From positions 70,990,001 to 71,054,000 of the forward strand of contig CM060733.1 in assembly GCA_030704615.1 (NCBI GenBank): a stretch of 64,000 bases of DNA. The letters run 5' to 3'. Made by a program: the position numbers and the translations under genes. This document shows, piece by piece, positions 27,071-41,039 of this stretch. Under the pieces are notes generated by a model that did no database searches, was not told where the DNA came from, and was given only the letters and a program-made list of their open reading frames with translations. This DNA is from Takakia lepidozioides (Eukaryota; Plantae; Bryophyta). Position 1 is the first letter of the stretch; every line of letters starts with the position of its first letter.

Positions 27071-27565
27071 TGCCCTCTCTCCCGCTCGCTCGCTCTAAGT
27101 CCCAACCCTCTCTCTCTCTCCCTCCCGCTCGCTCTAAGTCTGTTCACGCTACTGTGATGGGCAACTTTTTAAGCTTTTTAACCTTTTTGTAAACCCTAAA
27201 AGCCCCTCTTTGATTTTTTTTCTTTTTTTTCTTTTCTTAAAGGAAACCACAGGTCCTTGAGGAGGGGGGAAAATTCACCTGCCTTCATTTATGGGCCATA
27301 AGACGTACAGGACGATCAACGCCCAGACATACTGTCACGAACAATCCCACACACGGGATAAGGCAGCGGGTTTGAACCCCAAACCACCAGGGCGACACAC
27401 GGTGCACTTACCAGCCGATGTGTTTTTTTTTTTTTTAAATTGCATTTTGTTTTTAAAAAAAAATTGATTCTAGTGGTCAGAGTCTCCGTTTTTTCAAAAT
27501 ATAAATACTCATATATTATATATATAACCAGAAAAGCATGTGTTGACATGTGCAGTCATGTAGTG

Positions 27566-27825
27566 ATTCATCCATGTGATGATCTGGCAGAATGCATTAG
27601 AGTGAGAGTCATGAAGTCATATGTCTTTCTAGCAATATACACACGTCATTCTAGTGTAGCCATGACCGCGACTGGTAGTCATATCTGCCATGCCAATATT
27701 CGTGGTCAAACATGTTTGACCTGTGTTCCGCAGAGTTCGGAGCCATGCAGTCACATATACGCCTTCCCCAGACCTGCATTATGACTTCAAAAGCATTTTA
27801 CGACTGCAAATGGCATTTCTGCCAC
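27566..27825 (+). repeat. Dispersed direct repeat, second copy about 62706-62962
   Basis: TTCATCCATGTGATGATCTGGCAGAATGCATTA...CATTTCTGCCAC present at both sites. Confidence 0.8.
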
Positions 27826-28666
27826 AAATCTGTCATGACTGCGCACCCATGGGAGTCGTAAAAGCCGCAATCTGTTGTAGTGTGCCCGAAACTAGTTGTT
27901 GCGGGTAGATGAGGAGCAGCCGAATGGTGGAGCTGCAAGGGGATGCATCGCAGCCCATTGGGAGCTTCAGCTCCAAACTCATGAAGAGGTATGAGTGAAG
28001 AGAGGGGGCTGGTCCCTCTTGTGTGCAAATTAGTGCACTTGTGAAGCATGTGCTGAGTTGGAGTTTCAATCTGAAACTCAGAAGTGTAAGGGCTCTTGGA
28101 GTGGCAAGAGCGGGCTGGAAGGGCAGCAACGAGGCGCCCTAGAGCCAGGGGATATGCATGAGAAGTGCAGGTGCACCAAGTTTGTAAAGGTGTGTATTTT
28201 CAGACTCATTTTTGTGAGCTTCATGAAGAAAGGGAGCTTGTTGGGCAGCATATAGCTTGCTTGTTGAGTTGGGGGCGCTTCTAGTGGGCTGTGAGAGCTC
28301 AGGAGTGCAGGGCGACGGGGCTGATGGCTCCGCAGAAGCCATAGCTCGTCGGCAGCAAGTGCTGGAGCAAACCCCAGCTCGGGGAGAGCTCGGGAACACA
28401 TGGGAACTCGTTGGGAGTTCCAGAGAACGCAGGGAATAGTGGCCGTGATGGACCGTTGGGGCGGTATCACGAGATACCACGAGCCCAGGTTGTGATGGTT
28501 GACCGTGACCGTTGACCATGACCGTTGGAAGTCGTGGTGCGGACACAACGGGTGGGCACGGTGACCAGATCGTGGGGATGGCGGGCCGTGAAGGCTCGTG
28601 GGAGTAGGGCGGGCCATGAGGAGTAGTGGCGGTTAGAGCCACGGAAGGCCGCGAACAGGAAGAGTG

Positions 28667-28700
<34 letters not shown>

Positions 28701-29853
28701 TCACTCGTTTCGTGGGACCTTGATGGGGAGGCTGGGCTCTGAAGAACAACGGTTTTGAGCTAGCTGATCCGGCAGAAAAGTCGGAATTGCCTCCCTGTTG
28801 CGTTTTAACAAAGGGGATTACTTCCCTACAGGTAATCTTTTCGGGTTTTCAGTCCAGTACTTAACTATGGGGGAGATCAGCCTGCAGGTAATTCCTTTGG
28901 ACAAAATGTTGTTGGGGCCTATATGTACCTCTATTTGCTCCATTTTTTAACCTTCAGTGAATGACGTGGTTTCGTGAGGTGGTTCCATTATGAGGAATGG
29001 CGGGTGAACGTAAGGAGGCACTAGCAGACCCTGTGGAGGCTTGCATGGGGCCTTGGAGGCCAAGTTTCATGAGCTCGTGGAGGGCAGTTTGAGGAGTGTC
29101 TACAGGATGCTCTCATGGTCATGCAAGTGGGAGAAGAGAGGAAAAAAGAGGGTGTTGGGACGAGAGTGTGCTGGGGATAGGCATTGCTTTAGCTTCTCTT
29201 CCTCGTAGCTTCCACCTTCTCTGTAGGCCGAGACCTTTCCGTAGGTGGAGGCAAGAGTTAGTCCGGGTTTGGGCTGGGTTGCAGGAGCGACACTTTGGAG
29301 AGATTTTTGGTGTGGGGGAGTTGTTGTTTTCATTCTTGTGTTTGGATCCCCTCCACACCTGCATACTTGATTGTGCGCCATGCTAGTTTTGTGTGGGCGC
29401 TTGATTTTATAGGTGGTGGACTCGGGCTTGATCGCCAATCCCACCCTAGAGCATGCTGTCGATGGTGAGGTTGGGTTGATGACCAGTCAGACCATCTTTG
29501 TTTCTCCTGTGGTGAGGTTGGAGGTGATGACCAGCCAACCATAGGAGTGCCTGCGGTGGATGCAGGTGCAGGTGCAGGCTATATTAGGAACCTAGTATTC
29601 CAGACCATAAGCCGCATCAGGTTCTCTACCCGGTTACCTTGTGGAGAGGGGGTTAGAGACAGGTTCATGACCGGTTGAGTGCCAGTTTGGCAACATGGAG
29701 GTGCCACTAGTTGCTGGGGAAAGTGCCGGTACGAGCACTAGCGATACTAGCGGGTATACGAGACGAGGTGTGCAGTTTAGGCCACCTTCACCTCCTGTGT
29801 CTTCTGCGGAAGGTTCTGATTCGGATTGTGAATCAGGATGACTCACACCGGCG

Positions 29854-31204
29854 GTGCAAATTGTTTCCTTGCCATTGTTGTGGGACACGATGGAGGAGAT
29901 GTATAGAGCCACCAAGGGGCCACGAAGGTACACTGGGGCGGTGGGCACCATTGAGTTGGATGATTTTATCCAAGAATTTGATAGTTGGTGTGACTTGCAG
30001 CAAATGCGCAATCCACAATTGTTTACGCATTTTATGGCATGGAAGGGGCTGTTTCAGCACCTTGAGGGGCCGCCCATGGATGATTACCATGAGTTTAGGC
30101 GGGGGCACGATGCTGAGATCGAGGAGTGGAGGATGTACTGGTCACCCGACTATGTCTCCATCACTAGAGGCACAAGGGCAGCAGCCACACCGGCAGCAGC
30201 AGCTACAACAGCAGCTGCCACAAGTAGTAGTGGGACTAGTGGTACAACAACTACGACGTCCACCCAAGATACTGCTGCACCAGCACCAGTGGCGGTGCCT
30301 ACCTTCAACCCTATTGTGGAGTTCTTCGAAGAGTTGAGAAGGAACTACCAAGGGGTGAGGACAGAGAAGTTGAAGAGCTCGCAAGAGTTCCAACGGAAGC
30401 CTACTGAGAGCTTGAGGGAGGCTTTCACTTGCATGAGGCGCTTGATTAATGTAACCCAAGGGGTTACGGAGGCTCAGGCAGTCCAATTCTGGTATGGGAT
30501 ATTGGACAAGGAGCTGAGGAGAAGGGTGCGGGATGCAACTCTCCTACAAGCGGCCCAACCCACCTTAACAAATGTGTTTTTGCTGGCAGAGCGGATAGAG
30601 CTCAACATGGTGGAAGAACGAGTGGTCATGGTGGGATTTGCTAAGGAGGCACCACGGGGTAGTGGTGCTCCTAGCCAGCCACTACCTCAATGTGCTCAAG
30701 GCAACAAGGGGGCTCAGGTGAAGCCCAGGAAAGGGCAGAGAGGACCTCAGATGCAGGGGTCTCTCTCTTCATTTGCTGGCCAACAACGGGCGGATGTGGT
30801 GTGCTGGACATGTGGAGGACCCCATGTTAAGAAGGATTGCCCAGAGGGAGGCAATGGTTTAGCACCGGCACAGCCTACACAGTTGCAGTGTGGGCATTGT
30901 GGCAAGTACGGACATGGAGAAGCCCAGTGCTATGGTTTGCATCCTGAGTTGCGCCCAGGACAGTTCCAAGGGAACAATGGTGGCCGGGGGCGAGGTGGAG
31001 CAGCCCAGAGAGGACGAGGTGGCCAGGCACGAGGTGCAGGCCAAGGGCAAGCTCAACATGGTCGGAGGTCAGGGTGGTAACCAAGGTATGGCCAACCGGC
31101 TTCAGAAGCTAGAGCAGAGGCTCGCTGCCATGGCCACAGCTCAGGTGGTACCGGCTCTAAGGCCGGATGGTCCACCTCCTGCTCCTGAGGGAGGAGACAT
31201 GTGA
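29854..31204 (+). pseudogene. Gag of the DNMT-Gypsy element
   Basis: ELDDFIQEFDSWC; FQRKPTESLREAF; CWTCGGPHVKKDC; CGHCGKYGHGEAQC; RGG-rich tail. Confidence 0.85.
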
Positions 31205-31879
31205 GGCATGGGATTCATGTGCGGGGCAGCACTTCCACTAGTGAGGGGTGCCACTACCACTACCACTGTGGGTGTGGCACTACTACCACTAGTGCCGGGC
31301 AGCACTACCACTACCACTACCACTATGTGCGGGGCATGACTACCACTAGTGCAAGTGGAGTCAGCTGCGGCAGTGACTCGAGGAGCAGCACAAGTTCCTA
31401 AGCCACGGGGTGCGGAGGTGGAGTTGGATCCACAGCGTGGGGAGGCAAGCCGTCAGGCCAGGCTTCCTCAGTCATTCACATAGCACCTAGTTCTCGCCCG
31501 ACTGTTACCGAGGCGGAGGTTACTATGCCATTGGGGAGAGCTACACGGGCAGCACCACTACCTAGTGTTGCCAAGGCTACGGCAGCTAGTGTGCTGCTGG
31601 GGGCGGCCACAGCTGTGTGTCAGGCTCCATTGTTCTCGGCTACCATGATTGCGACGCTGGGGGTAAGACCAGCTGAGGTGTTCAGGCTGGCAGCTACACT
31701 TTATGAGAGTGGGGAGGTTATTTCATCTTCTGCGGAGATAGTGGGAGGTGTACTGCCGGAGGGATCCTTGGATGTGAGGGTCAAGACTGCCATGGCGGCG
31801 CCATGGCAAGCTGCAACTGCCAGGTTGATGGAGCTGCCAGCTAGACCAGCCATTGAGCGCGCCATGGTGACACCTGGAG

Positions 31880-32290
31880 TTGTCATGTTAGACAACCAGG
31901 ATGACATTTTCTGCTTGAATGGACCGGCAGGCAAGAGGTACCGGCCACTGCGGGTCTTATTAGACTCGGGAGCTCAGCCATTGATGTTGGGCAGAGCTGC
32001 TATTGCAGGCTTGGGCCTCACGGAGGCGGATATGGAGTCGTGCCCTTTCCAGATACAAACATCTCTGGGAGGATCAGAGCAGGCTCGGGGCATGACACGG
32101 CGTGAGTTGACTATCCGACTACAGCCGGATCATTCTACAGATAACTCAGTGATGAGAGCCAAGACCGTTGTGACAGACGCGGTCTCATACGATGTCCTTG
32201 TTGGTGGGGCAGTGTTGTATCCCATGGGCTTCACCCTGGATTTTTGGGAGGAGTCAGCTTCCTATAGGCCTGGATGGCAGTCAGGGGAGG
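31880..32290 (+). pseudogene. Aspartic protease domain
   Basis: RVLLDSGAQPL and YDVLVG. Confidence 0.8.
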
Positions 32291-32670
32291 GCTGGCGTGT
32301 GCAGCTCCCTATGACGTTCATAGGAAGAGTTGCGGTTGCCCAGCGAGCCAAGATGCCAACACTGGCAGCATTCACAGCTGCAGTGACTTGGCCTGGAGAA
32401 TTGTTGGATGACAACACTCATTCAGAGGATGTGTCACCTCCGGGAGAGCAGGATGACATGTATGGTATGGCGGAGTTGCCTGCCATGGTTGCTCACACTC
32501 CATTGTGGGGCTCGAGTAAGGATTTGCAGTGGGTTGCTGATTGGCGTGTGCAACAAGCCTGGGTAGAGGCTTTTGTACCGTCAGGAGAGGAGGATAGCGT
32601 AGGGATTGCACCAAGACCACCTCAGTTGTCACCATTGGACACCACACCGAACGTGTGGCAATGTCCGGAT

Positions 32671-33630
32671 GAAGGCATTTGCCTTCTGGACTTGTTTGGC
32701 GGGATCAGCACCGGGTTGGCTGCTGTTCTACAGGCAGGTGTACGAGTACGACGTTACTTGTATGCAGAGAGGGATGAGACTGCATGGCGCGTCTCACTCC
32801 GTCATGTTGCTCAGTTGGTGCAGCAGTACCCTGAGTTGTTGCCGGTGTCTGCGGTTCGTGGATATCAGCAGGCCTTGCCAGCAGACATTTCGTTGCTGGG
32901 GGCGTAGGATTTGGAGCGGGGTGGCTCCATTGATTTGGTAGTGGCAGGTTGGCCCTGCCAAGGGCATTCATCAGCCGGGCATGGCAATGGATTGCGAGAC
33001 TCGAGGTCGGGTCAGTTTTGGGAGATGGTGCGGGTTTTGCGCCACTTACAACTTCATCAGGCTGTATCTCCAGCATACATCTTGGAGAATGTGCCACTGA
33101 TGGGCGATTCTCGGGCCAGGGTGTTGGCCAGTGTGCATCAAGTCCGGTCGTGGCTTGGGTCAGCAGTGTTGCTGGATGCAGCTGCAGTGGGGTCACGGGC
33201 TCGTCGTCCACGGTTATGGTGGACTAATTTGATGCCACCCGCACTGCTTAAGCGTGCATTTGATGGGGTGCAGCGACCAGCACACCTCATAGTTGATAGC
33301 ATCTTGGACACAGGGAGGCAGTCTCAGCGTGTGAGACACGATGACCGTCTACCTTTGGCAGTGGTCAATAAGGTGGGTCGACCATGAGCAGCACTACCTA
33401 CACTGCTCAGCTTCCCAGGATAACATGCTTTCTGGGATAGTGGACCTGGCCTACTGTGGGATGCTTAGTTGCAACAATTAGTGGAGCCTAATGTCGACAA
33501 GCGAGAGCGGGCTATGGGTTTTTCCACTGGGACCACGGCGGTGCCTTCTCTTTCTGAGGCATCACGTCGTCAGGTGTTGGGGCAAGCGATGGATCTAAAT
33601 TGCTTTACCTGGATTATCAGCTTGGCTATG
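32671..33630 (+). pseudogene. C5 cytosine DNA methyltransferase domain
   Basis: Motif I LDLFGGIS (32686), II YAERD, III ADI, IV AGWPCQG (Cys codon 32956), VI ENV (33085), VIII RRPRLWWTN (33202), IX ERAMGF, X LGQAMD (33577); single frame with in-frame stops. Confidence 0.92.
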
Positions 33631-34049
33631 GCTGAGCAACGTAGAGTGCGGAGTGCACTTCCCTTGACGGTCTCTCTGCCTACGGAGACGGTACAGGCAG
33701 TGAATAGGGGCGAGCCGGTGAGGACCACGGGGTGTAGACATCCATGACACACGTGGGAGGTGCTCGAGGTTCAGAGGGAGCTGGCAGCCAAGGCGACTGT
33801 GATGGATGAGGTTGGGGAATCTTCTCGGGTTGAGGAGGTCCTCAAGGATGAGATGATGGGGCAGGATGAGGCCTTGTCATTGACTGAGCAGGCAGGGAGT
33901 ACTGCTCAAGAGGTTGCGGCATAGCAACCACGGGACGCGTCTCCTACCTCTAAGTCTGTTGGACTTAAGGTTGCAGTTACGGAGGACAATTGGGAGCCTG
34001 ACATTGGACCCATTGTCACTGGAGGAGAGAGACAACGTATACGACGGTT

Positions 34050-36727
34050 CCTGAGGGCTTACAAGAATTGCTTTGCCTTCAGTTTGAAGGATTTGGGAGC
34101 ACTGAAGGGTTAGGAGATTCGTATTGAGTTGGCCACGGACACGCCAATCTTTCGGAGACCCTATAGATACAGTGGCATGGAGAGGTTTTTGATTCAGATG
34201 AGGACTCAAGACTCTGGGAGGCTGGTTTGGTGGAGCTCTCTGTTGGAGAGTATGCTTTAGCCACGGTGATGTCAGCCAAGAAGGATGTCTATGGCAATTG
34301 GACGGAGAGATGTATGTGCGGTGATTACCGGCCTGTAAATCGTCAGACCAAGTCCGGTAGGTATGCCATGCCCACACCGGAGGAGATCTTTGATGCCATT
34401 GGGCATGCCAAGGTCTTTAGCACTTTGGACTTGCAGTCCGGATATCACCAGTTGCCGATCAAGGAGGCGGACAAGCAAAAGACGGCATTTTGGGGGATCA
34501 ATGAGCATGGGAAGGATTGCCTATATCAGTGGCGGTTCTTGCCATTCGGGTTTAAGAATGCTCCTGCAGAGTTCCAGAGAGTCATGGACAGGATTCTAGC
34601 AGGGGTGGACTTTGCTCGGTGCTACATAGATGACATCATCATCTTTAGTACTACGGTGGAGGAGCACGAGAGACACCTTCAAGTGGTGTTTGAGCGCTTG
34701 AGAGCGCACGGATTGAAATCACATCCAGGGAAGTGCAAGTTCTTCCACAACCAGATTGAGTATCTGGGCCACATAATATATCCTGGAGGATTGGGGGTGC
34801 AACAGACTAAGGTAGAGGCCATCGCACAGACTCCACGTCCCACGGATGTGAGCCGAGTTCGAGCTTTCATGGGGTTGGCAAACTACTATAGACGATTTGT
34901 CAAGGGATTTAGTGCTATTGCAAAGGCTCTAACCAAGCTGACCAATGTAAACCAGGAGTAGCAGTGGGAAGATGAGCAAGAACGAGCTTTTCAGGCGCTC
35001 AAGGCGAGGTTGACCTCGGCGCCCATCTTAAGACAACCTATCAGAGGGCGTCCCTTTCAGCTGCATACAGATTGGAGCATGTTGGGGCTTGGAGCGGTGC
35101 TCACACAGGTGGATGATGAGGGAAGAGAGTTTGTAGTGGCTTATGCTAGCCGCTTGAACAACACTGCAGAGTCTAAGTATAGCTCATATGAGGGGGAGTG
35201 CTTAGCTGCAGCGTGGGCCGTGGCACACTTCAGGTGCTATCTATACGACAATCTCTTCACCATTGTCACGGATCACCAGCCACTCAAGTGGTTGATGGAG
35301 TCAGACAAGCTTACGGGGAAGCTTGCACGGTGGGCACTTATATTCCAAGAGTATGATTTTCAGGTTGTGCATCGACCGGGTTTGGTCAATAGGGATGCAG
35401 ATGGATTGAGTCGCAATCCATTCACGAGCCAATAGGATGACACTGGAGCTCGGTGGCATGGTGAGACGGACGAGGAGATGGTGCCAGGATGACATGCATC
35501 TGCCTTTTGTGTATCTTGGCATCGGGAGGTCAGGTTGGACCTACAACAGGGATGACTGTAGACGGAGTGTCTAAGGACCCTGAGGCTAGTGATGAGCCAG
35601 GTGGTGCCAGAGATATACATGAGGATTCGGTTGTGTTGGACTACCTCCGCACTGGAGACACGACAGCTAGTGTGACTGCCAAGGAGAGGGATCGAATCCT
35701 GCAACGAGCCAAGAGGTTCAAGTGGGAGGGGATACACCTGCTTCGAGTGTGGGAGGATGGTTGGGTGAGGATCGTGCCTCACCCAACACAGCGTGCACGG
35801 TTAGTGCGGCATGCCCATGAGGAGTTGGGGCATTTTGGAGTGCGACGCACTCATAGTTTACTGCAGGGGCAGTATTGGTGGCGTGGTATGCACACAGAGA
35901 TGCAACAGTTCGTGGCTAGGTGCATGGTGTGTGACAGGGCGCGTGTTTCATTCAACGCCCCTACACCACAGTTGCATCCCTTACCCATCATGGGATTGGG
36001 CTATAGGTGGAGTCTTGACTTTGCAGGGCCTTTGCCACTGACGATGCGTCACCACAGATATGTGTTGGTGATGGTGGAGCACTTCTCCAAGTGGATTGAG
36101 TTGGTTCCATCGCCTGACAAGGCTAGTGAGGGGGTTGCATATGCATTCCTGGATCGTGTGCTTAGCCGATTCGGTGCTCCAGCTGAGGTACTCACGGACC
36201 AAAGGAGAGAGTTCTTGGGGGAGTTTCAGGCTTTGTGTGATAAAGCCTTGATAGACCACTGTACCACTTCTCGGGGTCATCCTGAGGCCGATGGCTTGGC
36301 AGAGAGAGTGGTTCAGACAGTGAAGAGGGGTTTGCGCAAGTATGGCTTGCAAAAGTGACACTTAGGAGATTGGGATCTTCAGGTACCTTGGTTAGCCATG
36401 GGCTACAGGTTTAGCAAGCAAGCATCACTTGCCTCCTTCTCACCATATTTCCTTCTTTTTGGCCGAGAGCCGGATTTGCCTGCATCTATTCGCAGGGAGA
36501 CTGCAGTAGTCCTCAACCTTGATGATCCGGATGTGTGGACACAAGCATGTGCCCAGTGGGCAGAGTTGTTCAAGAGAGTCATGCTTATGGCTTTTGAGAA
36601 TCTTGCTATTGCCCAACACCGAAACACATTGAGGTATGCCACTATACGTGGAGGGGGATATCGGCCAGGTATTCGGCGTTTCCACCCTGGGGACTATGTG
36701 TATCTGCAGCAGACAGCGCCTACGACC
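34050..36727 (+). pseudogene. RT, RNase H and integrase of the DNMT-Gypsy element
   Basis: ORF fragments 34227-34961, 35010-35435, 35489-36358 and 36398-36727 with canonical Gypsy motifs. Confidence 0.93.
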
Positions 36728-39700
36728 TTCACCCAGTGCCACTTCTGTAATATCGTGAACCACTCGTCGGGATCGAGGGTCCTTGTGAAGGACCACCTTC
36801 CAGTTCCCTCGTGAACTTTTTTCATCCGAGAAAAAAACTTGCTCCACCTGACTAGGGAATGTCCAGGGCTGCTCCATCCCAGGCAACATGCGACTGAAGT
36901 CAACCAAGAGAAATCCATAATCATCTCGTTTCATGGTGGCATTCCGGCCCACCATGTGTGACCTCACCCATGTACACAAGAACAGAATTGGGTGAAGAAT
37001 TCCGTAATCCAGTTGAATTATTTCTCTTACAACACCCACATATTCCAATTGGGATAACACTCGTCTGGACATACCTGCTCTGTTTTCGCTTTCCTGATGG
37101 AATACTTGAGCAACTCCAGAATCAAATGTCACCCTGTCTCTGGCGCCAGTCCCATCACTTATTGCTCGAAAGTGATTGCCGTAAGCATACATGGACTTGA
37201 AGCCCAATGACTGCTGTTGGTGGTATACATAAATGGCATATGTCCAAATCATAGGACTCACCTGAACTCACCTTGCGTTGGACAGCACCTTCAATCCATT
37301 CATGGAATGGAGCCAGTAAGCGCATATCTGTTGGGTATGGAATTTCTCCATTGTGGTGGTCTTGGTCTTGTCCACAAAGGTATGCTGTTCTGAACTTAGT
37401 GCGGGATGCTTCTATGAGTGCCATCTCCTCTTCATAGGCCCTGTCCAAATGAGAATTGCAAATTAGGATTACAGCTTATACCATTGGCAGAAATGAAACA
37501 CACAGGATATGCTAAGCAACATACTTACTCAAGGAATGGTTTCATGCAATCTGTGTTGTGCAAAATATACTCGTGTGCACTGTCTCGTTCTTGAATGGTG
37601 AGGACTCGTACAGTTCCCAATCCTTCAACCACCTCCCCACTAACTGAGTCTTCTTCATTGGAGTCCCACACCCTTCGGCTTGTAGCATGAAATTCAGCCA
37701 TATACTCAGTTAGAAACCCTAGGGCCTCATCCAAAGCATACCCTTCCGCCATGCTCCCTTCAGGTCGGCTCATATTCCTTACATAGCCTTTTAATGTCTT
37801 CATATACCGTTCCATAGGATACATCCAACGGCTAGACACGGGACCACACACCTCCAATTCGTCCACAAGGTGTACAAGCAAGTGAGTCATGATATCAAAA
37901 AATGACGGAGGGAATTCTTTCTCCAGCAGACACATAGTGATTGCAACATCTTCTTTTAAGGCCGGTACCTCAGCTGGATTAATGATCTTTGCACACACTT
38001 TTTGGAAGACTCGAGAAAGCCTCATAATTGCCATCCGTGGACCCTTTCCCAATACCCCTCGAATGCAAAGAGATAAAATCTGCTGCATCATTACATGGTA
38101 GTCATGGGTTTTCATTGTAGACAGTTTATTGTCAACCACATGTTTCTGGAATGTGGCAGCATAACCTGTGGGGGCCTTTACTGCAGCCAATGTTTCCAAA
38201 AACAGCACCTTCTCATCTTCAGTAAGAACATATGGGGCCAAAGGCTTGACCAACTTGTTTGGGTGAGAGGGATGGGGTCTCAACCACAAGTGTTTACGAA
38301 TGACATTGAGTTCAATATCCTTCCTAGATGTGGCTGTGTCCTTCTCCCCAAGAATGGTTCTCAGCACATTCTCACACAATTTTTTTTCACAATGCATCAC
38401 ATCCAGTGTGTATCAGATGAGTAAGTCTTTCCAGTATGGCAATTGGTTCAAAACAGTGACCCGTTTCATGCCATGTTCCTTTGAAGGGTCCAGTTTTCCC
38501 CCCTCAGCCCCTCCCATTGCGAGATACAACTCTCTGGTTGTAGCCCGGTCAAATTGCTCACTTGCAATGACCACCATAGGAGCTGCTCTATGTTCTACAT
38601 GTCCATTAAAGTGGGACGAGTTATTCCTATAGGGATGAATAGCAGGCAAGTATCTCCTATGACCAAGATACAAAACTTTTTTGCATGCCTTGGAGTACCT
38701 GGAATCAACATTAGGGCCGCAAGCTGGGCAGGCCTTGTATCCCCCGTGTGCGCATCCTGCTAGCAACCCATAAGCTGGAAAGTCGTGGATTGACCACATC
38801 AAGATGGCCCTCATGCGAAATGACTGTTGCCCCACTAGGCTACTTCCATCCAATGCCTCCACACCAACTTCCCACAACAATTTCAGCTCATCCACAAGGG
38901 GCTGCAAATAAACATCTGCATTGTCATTTCCCACAGATTGTGGTCCAGGAATCAATAAAGCCAACATCGTGAAAAATGGCTTAGTACACAGCCATGGTGG
39001 AAGATTATAGTTTACCAACATGACAGGCCAAGTTGACCATTTGTTTGATTTATCACTGTAAGGATTGACACCATCCCAAGCGAGACCCAATCGCAGATTT
39101 CTGGGGTCCGCTGCAAACTCAGGCCATTTTTGGTCAATGTGGGCCCAAGCCTTGCTGTCTGCTGGGTGCCTAACCAAGCCATCCAAACTTCGATTCTTAA
39201 AGTTCCATGACAATAACTCTGAGATGGATTTGGCTTTATACATTCGAAGCAGCCTTGGAATGATAGGGAAATGTCGAAGGACCTTACGAGGTACTGGTGT
39301 CTTCGTACCCACCACATAACGACATGCCTGACATTTTGGACAAACCTCCAAATTTTGAAGCTCCCTTCTGAACAACACACAACCTTTCGGACATGCATGT
39401 ATACTCTCGTAATGAAGCCCGAGTTCCATTATGAGTTGTTTTGCCTCATAGTGGGACTTTGGCAGGCAATCGTCTGCTGGCAATAGTTGTCTTCCTAACA
39501 ATGTAAGGAGTTCATCGACAAAGGTGTTTGACACACCATGGGTTTGACAAGCATTTAACAGCAGTAAGGTAGCAGACAATCGAGATGAAGAACTCCCTAC
39601 ATACAAAGCCCTGGATGCCTCCTGCTCAAAATGTAAGGCACTCGCTGCACCACGATCACCCTCGCTCTTCAGTCCACCATCAGTCTGCTCTGGCACTCCA

Positions 39701-40270
39701 TCTGTGTCCCATTGGCCCTGTGCTCCATCTCCCGGTTCCTCATGTGCATCACCAGTTTGCACCCCATTATCTGTAGTTGCGAATGTCTCCCGGAGCATTC
39801 TAAGCATGTCAAGATTACGATCCAAGGTATCAGGACCACCTGCAGGGCTGGTTTCCGTTCTAAACCCCTCATGTTCGTCTCCAGAGTTTTCCTGCTTATA
39901 AGCATATCAGTCCACATGTCAATCCACAATAAGATGGGGAGTTTAGGGTTGGAAATGGTGGATGTGGAACGTGCCATAATACAGGCACGTGGCAATAGGA
40001 AAACGGGCATGTACAATACTCTACACCTTACAACAATCCCGCTACCAGGAATTTGAACTGTTTCTTATAATTTCAAAGTATGCATCAGGGTTAAGGGAAG
40101 AGAATCCACAGATATGCACCGGGAGTTCTCGCAAGTTAGGATCTCGCAAGTTCAAAGCAGATGACGCTTAGCCCGGCCAATGGTTTGCCAGTTCCCACCA
40201 TGACAGGCATTGCATGGACATAGAATTTTCCGAAGACCCAGTCTTCTTGCTCGCGCTTCCTCTAGTTTCC
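36728..40270 (-). pseudogene. CACTA transposase 3 (transposase-associated domain, TNP2, DUF4218, DUF4216)
   Basis: RKILCPCNAC near 40200; IHACPKGC; LRLGLAWDGVNPY; MHCEKK; RWMYPMERYMK; EYVGVVREI; PSQVEQVFF. Confidence 0.93.
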
Positions 40271-41039
40271 ACAATCTGTCATCGTCATGTTATGCTTGTG
40301 TCCGCCTTTGCAATCGATGGGCAGTAGGAGGGATCATCTTGGCGACTGAGTGAGACTCGTCAGGAAATGGAGACAGACATAGAGTGTCCAGAAGTTACAC
40401 CAGGGCGCAAGCCTACAGCGAGGGAGGTAGAACGAGCAAAGCGTCAAGCGGAGAACAAGGCATTCTTTGCACGACTGAAGATCTACGACAATGCAAAGAG
40501 GTCCGAACTTGCGTTTTTTCATATGCCCTACCTAGCCCTAGCCATGAAACCGCATTAAAAGCTCCAAACCTGCAGAGAGGATATGTTAGGGTTTTGCTAC
40601 TGCTGACATTGTCTTTCTTCTTCTTCTTTGCAGCGTCGAAGCGAGATTGAGTTGCCCTAAACGCCTCGTTGAGGAAATCCTCAAACACACAGGTCCTCCT
40701 CGCCGAAGTCACAGAGTTCAACTCCTGCACTCTGCAATGTCACAACGGGAGAAAGAGGTAGAGCAATAGGAGGAAGCGCAGGTGGTAGCGGAGTCAGACA
40801 CAGAGGAGGCACGAGAGCAAGAATTGCAGCGAGACCAAGATTATGCCGCACATGAAGACTTGAATGAGACCAGCTCGGAGTCAGAGATGGAAATGATGAA
40901 AGAAGCCCCAACAAAGAGAAAGCGCGCAAAGCACCCTGCAAACTCCCCAACCCATCAGCAGGTTTGCGATCTGCACCAAAGTTCCGAGTTTCAAACACTA
41001 TATAACTTGTCCCAGTATAATTTAGGGTTCTGAGACCTA

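Larger units (their letters stand above)
29854..36727 (+). mobile_element. Ty3/Gypsy retrotransposon with an embedded C5 DNA methyltransferase (gag-PR-DNMT-RT-RH-INT), degenerate
   Basis: gag with two CCHC knuckles; LLDSGA; DNMT motifs; CGDYRPVN and YIDDII; HTDWS; HEELGH..CMVC; WSLDFAGP, TDQ..EF, GLAER; breaks at QQTAPTT. No 5' LTR identified. Confidence 0.92.

Noticed and set aside
27330-27420. tRNA or tRNA-derived SINE (B-box GGTTCAAACC on minus; similar at 61060-61115)
   Set aside because: No cloverleaf, tail or TSD could be supported; at most old SINE remnants.
28660-28707. (AT)n hairpin GAGTGAAAA...TTTTCACTC
   Set aside because: Simple microsatellite with short inverted flanks; no further support.
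36440-36814. Overlapping ORFs suggesting an integrase/CACTA fusion
   Set aside because: Read-through across the 36727 breakpoint on both strands.
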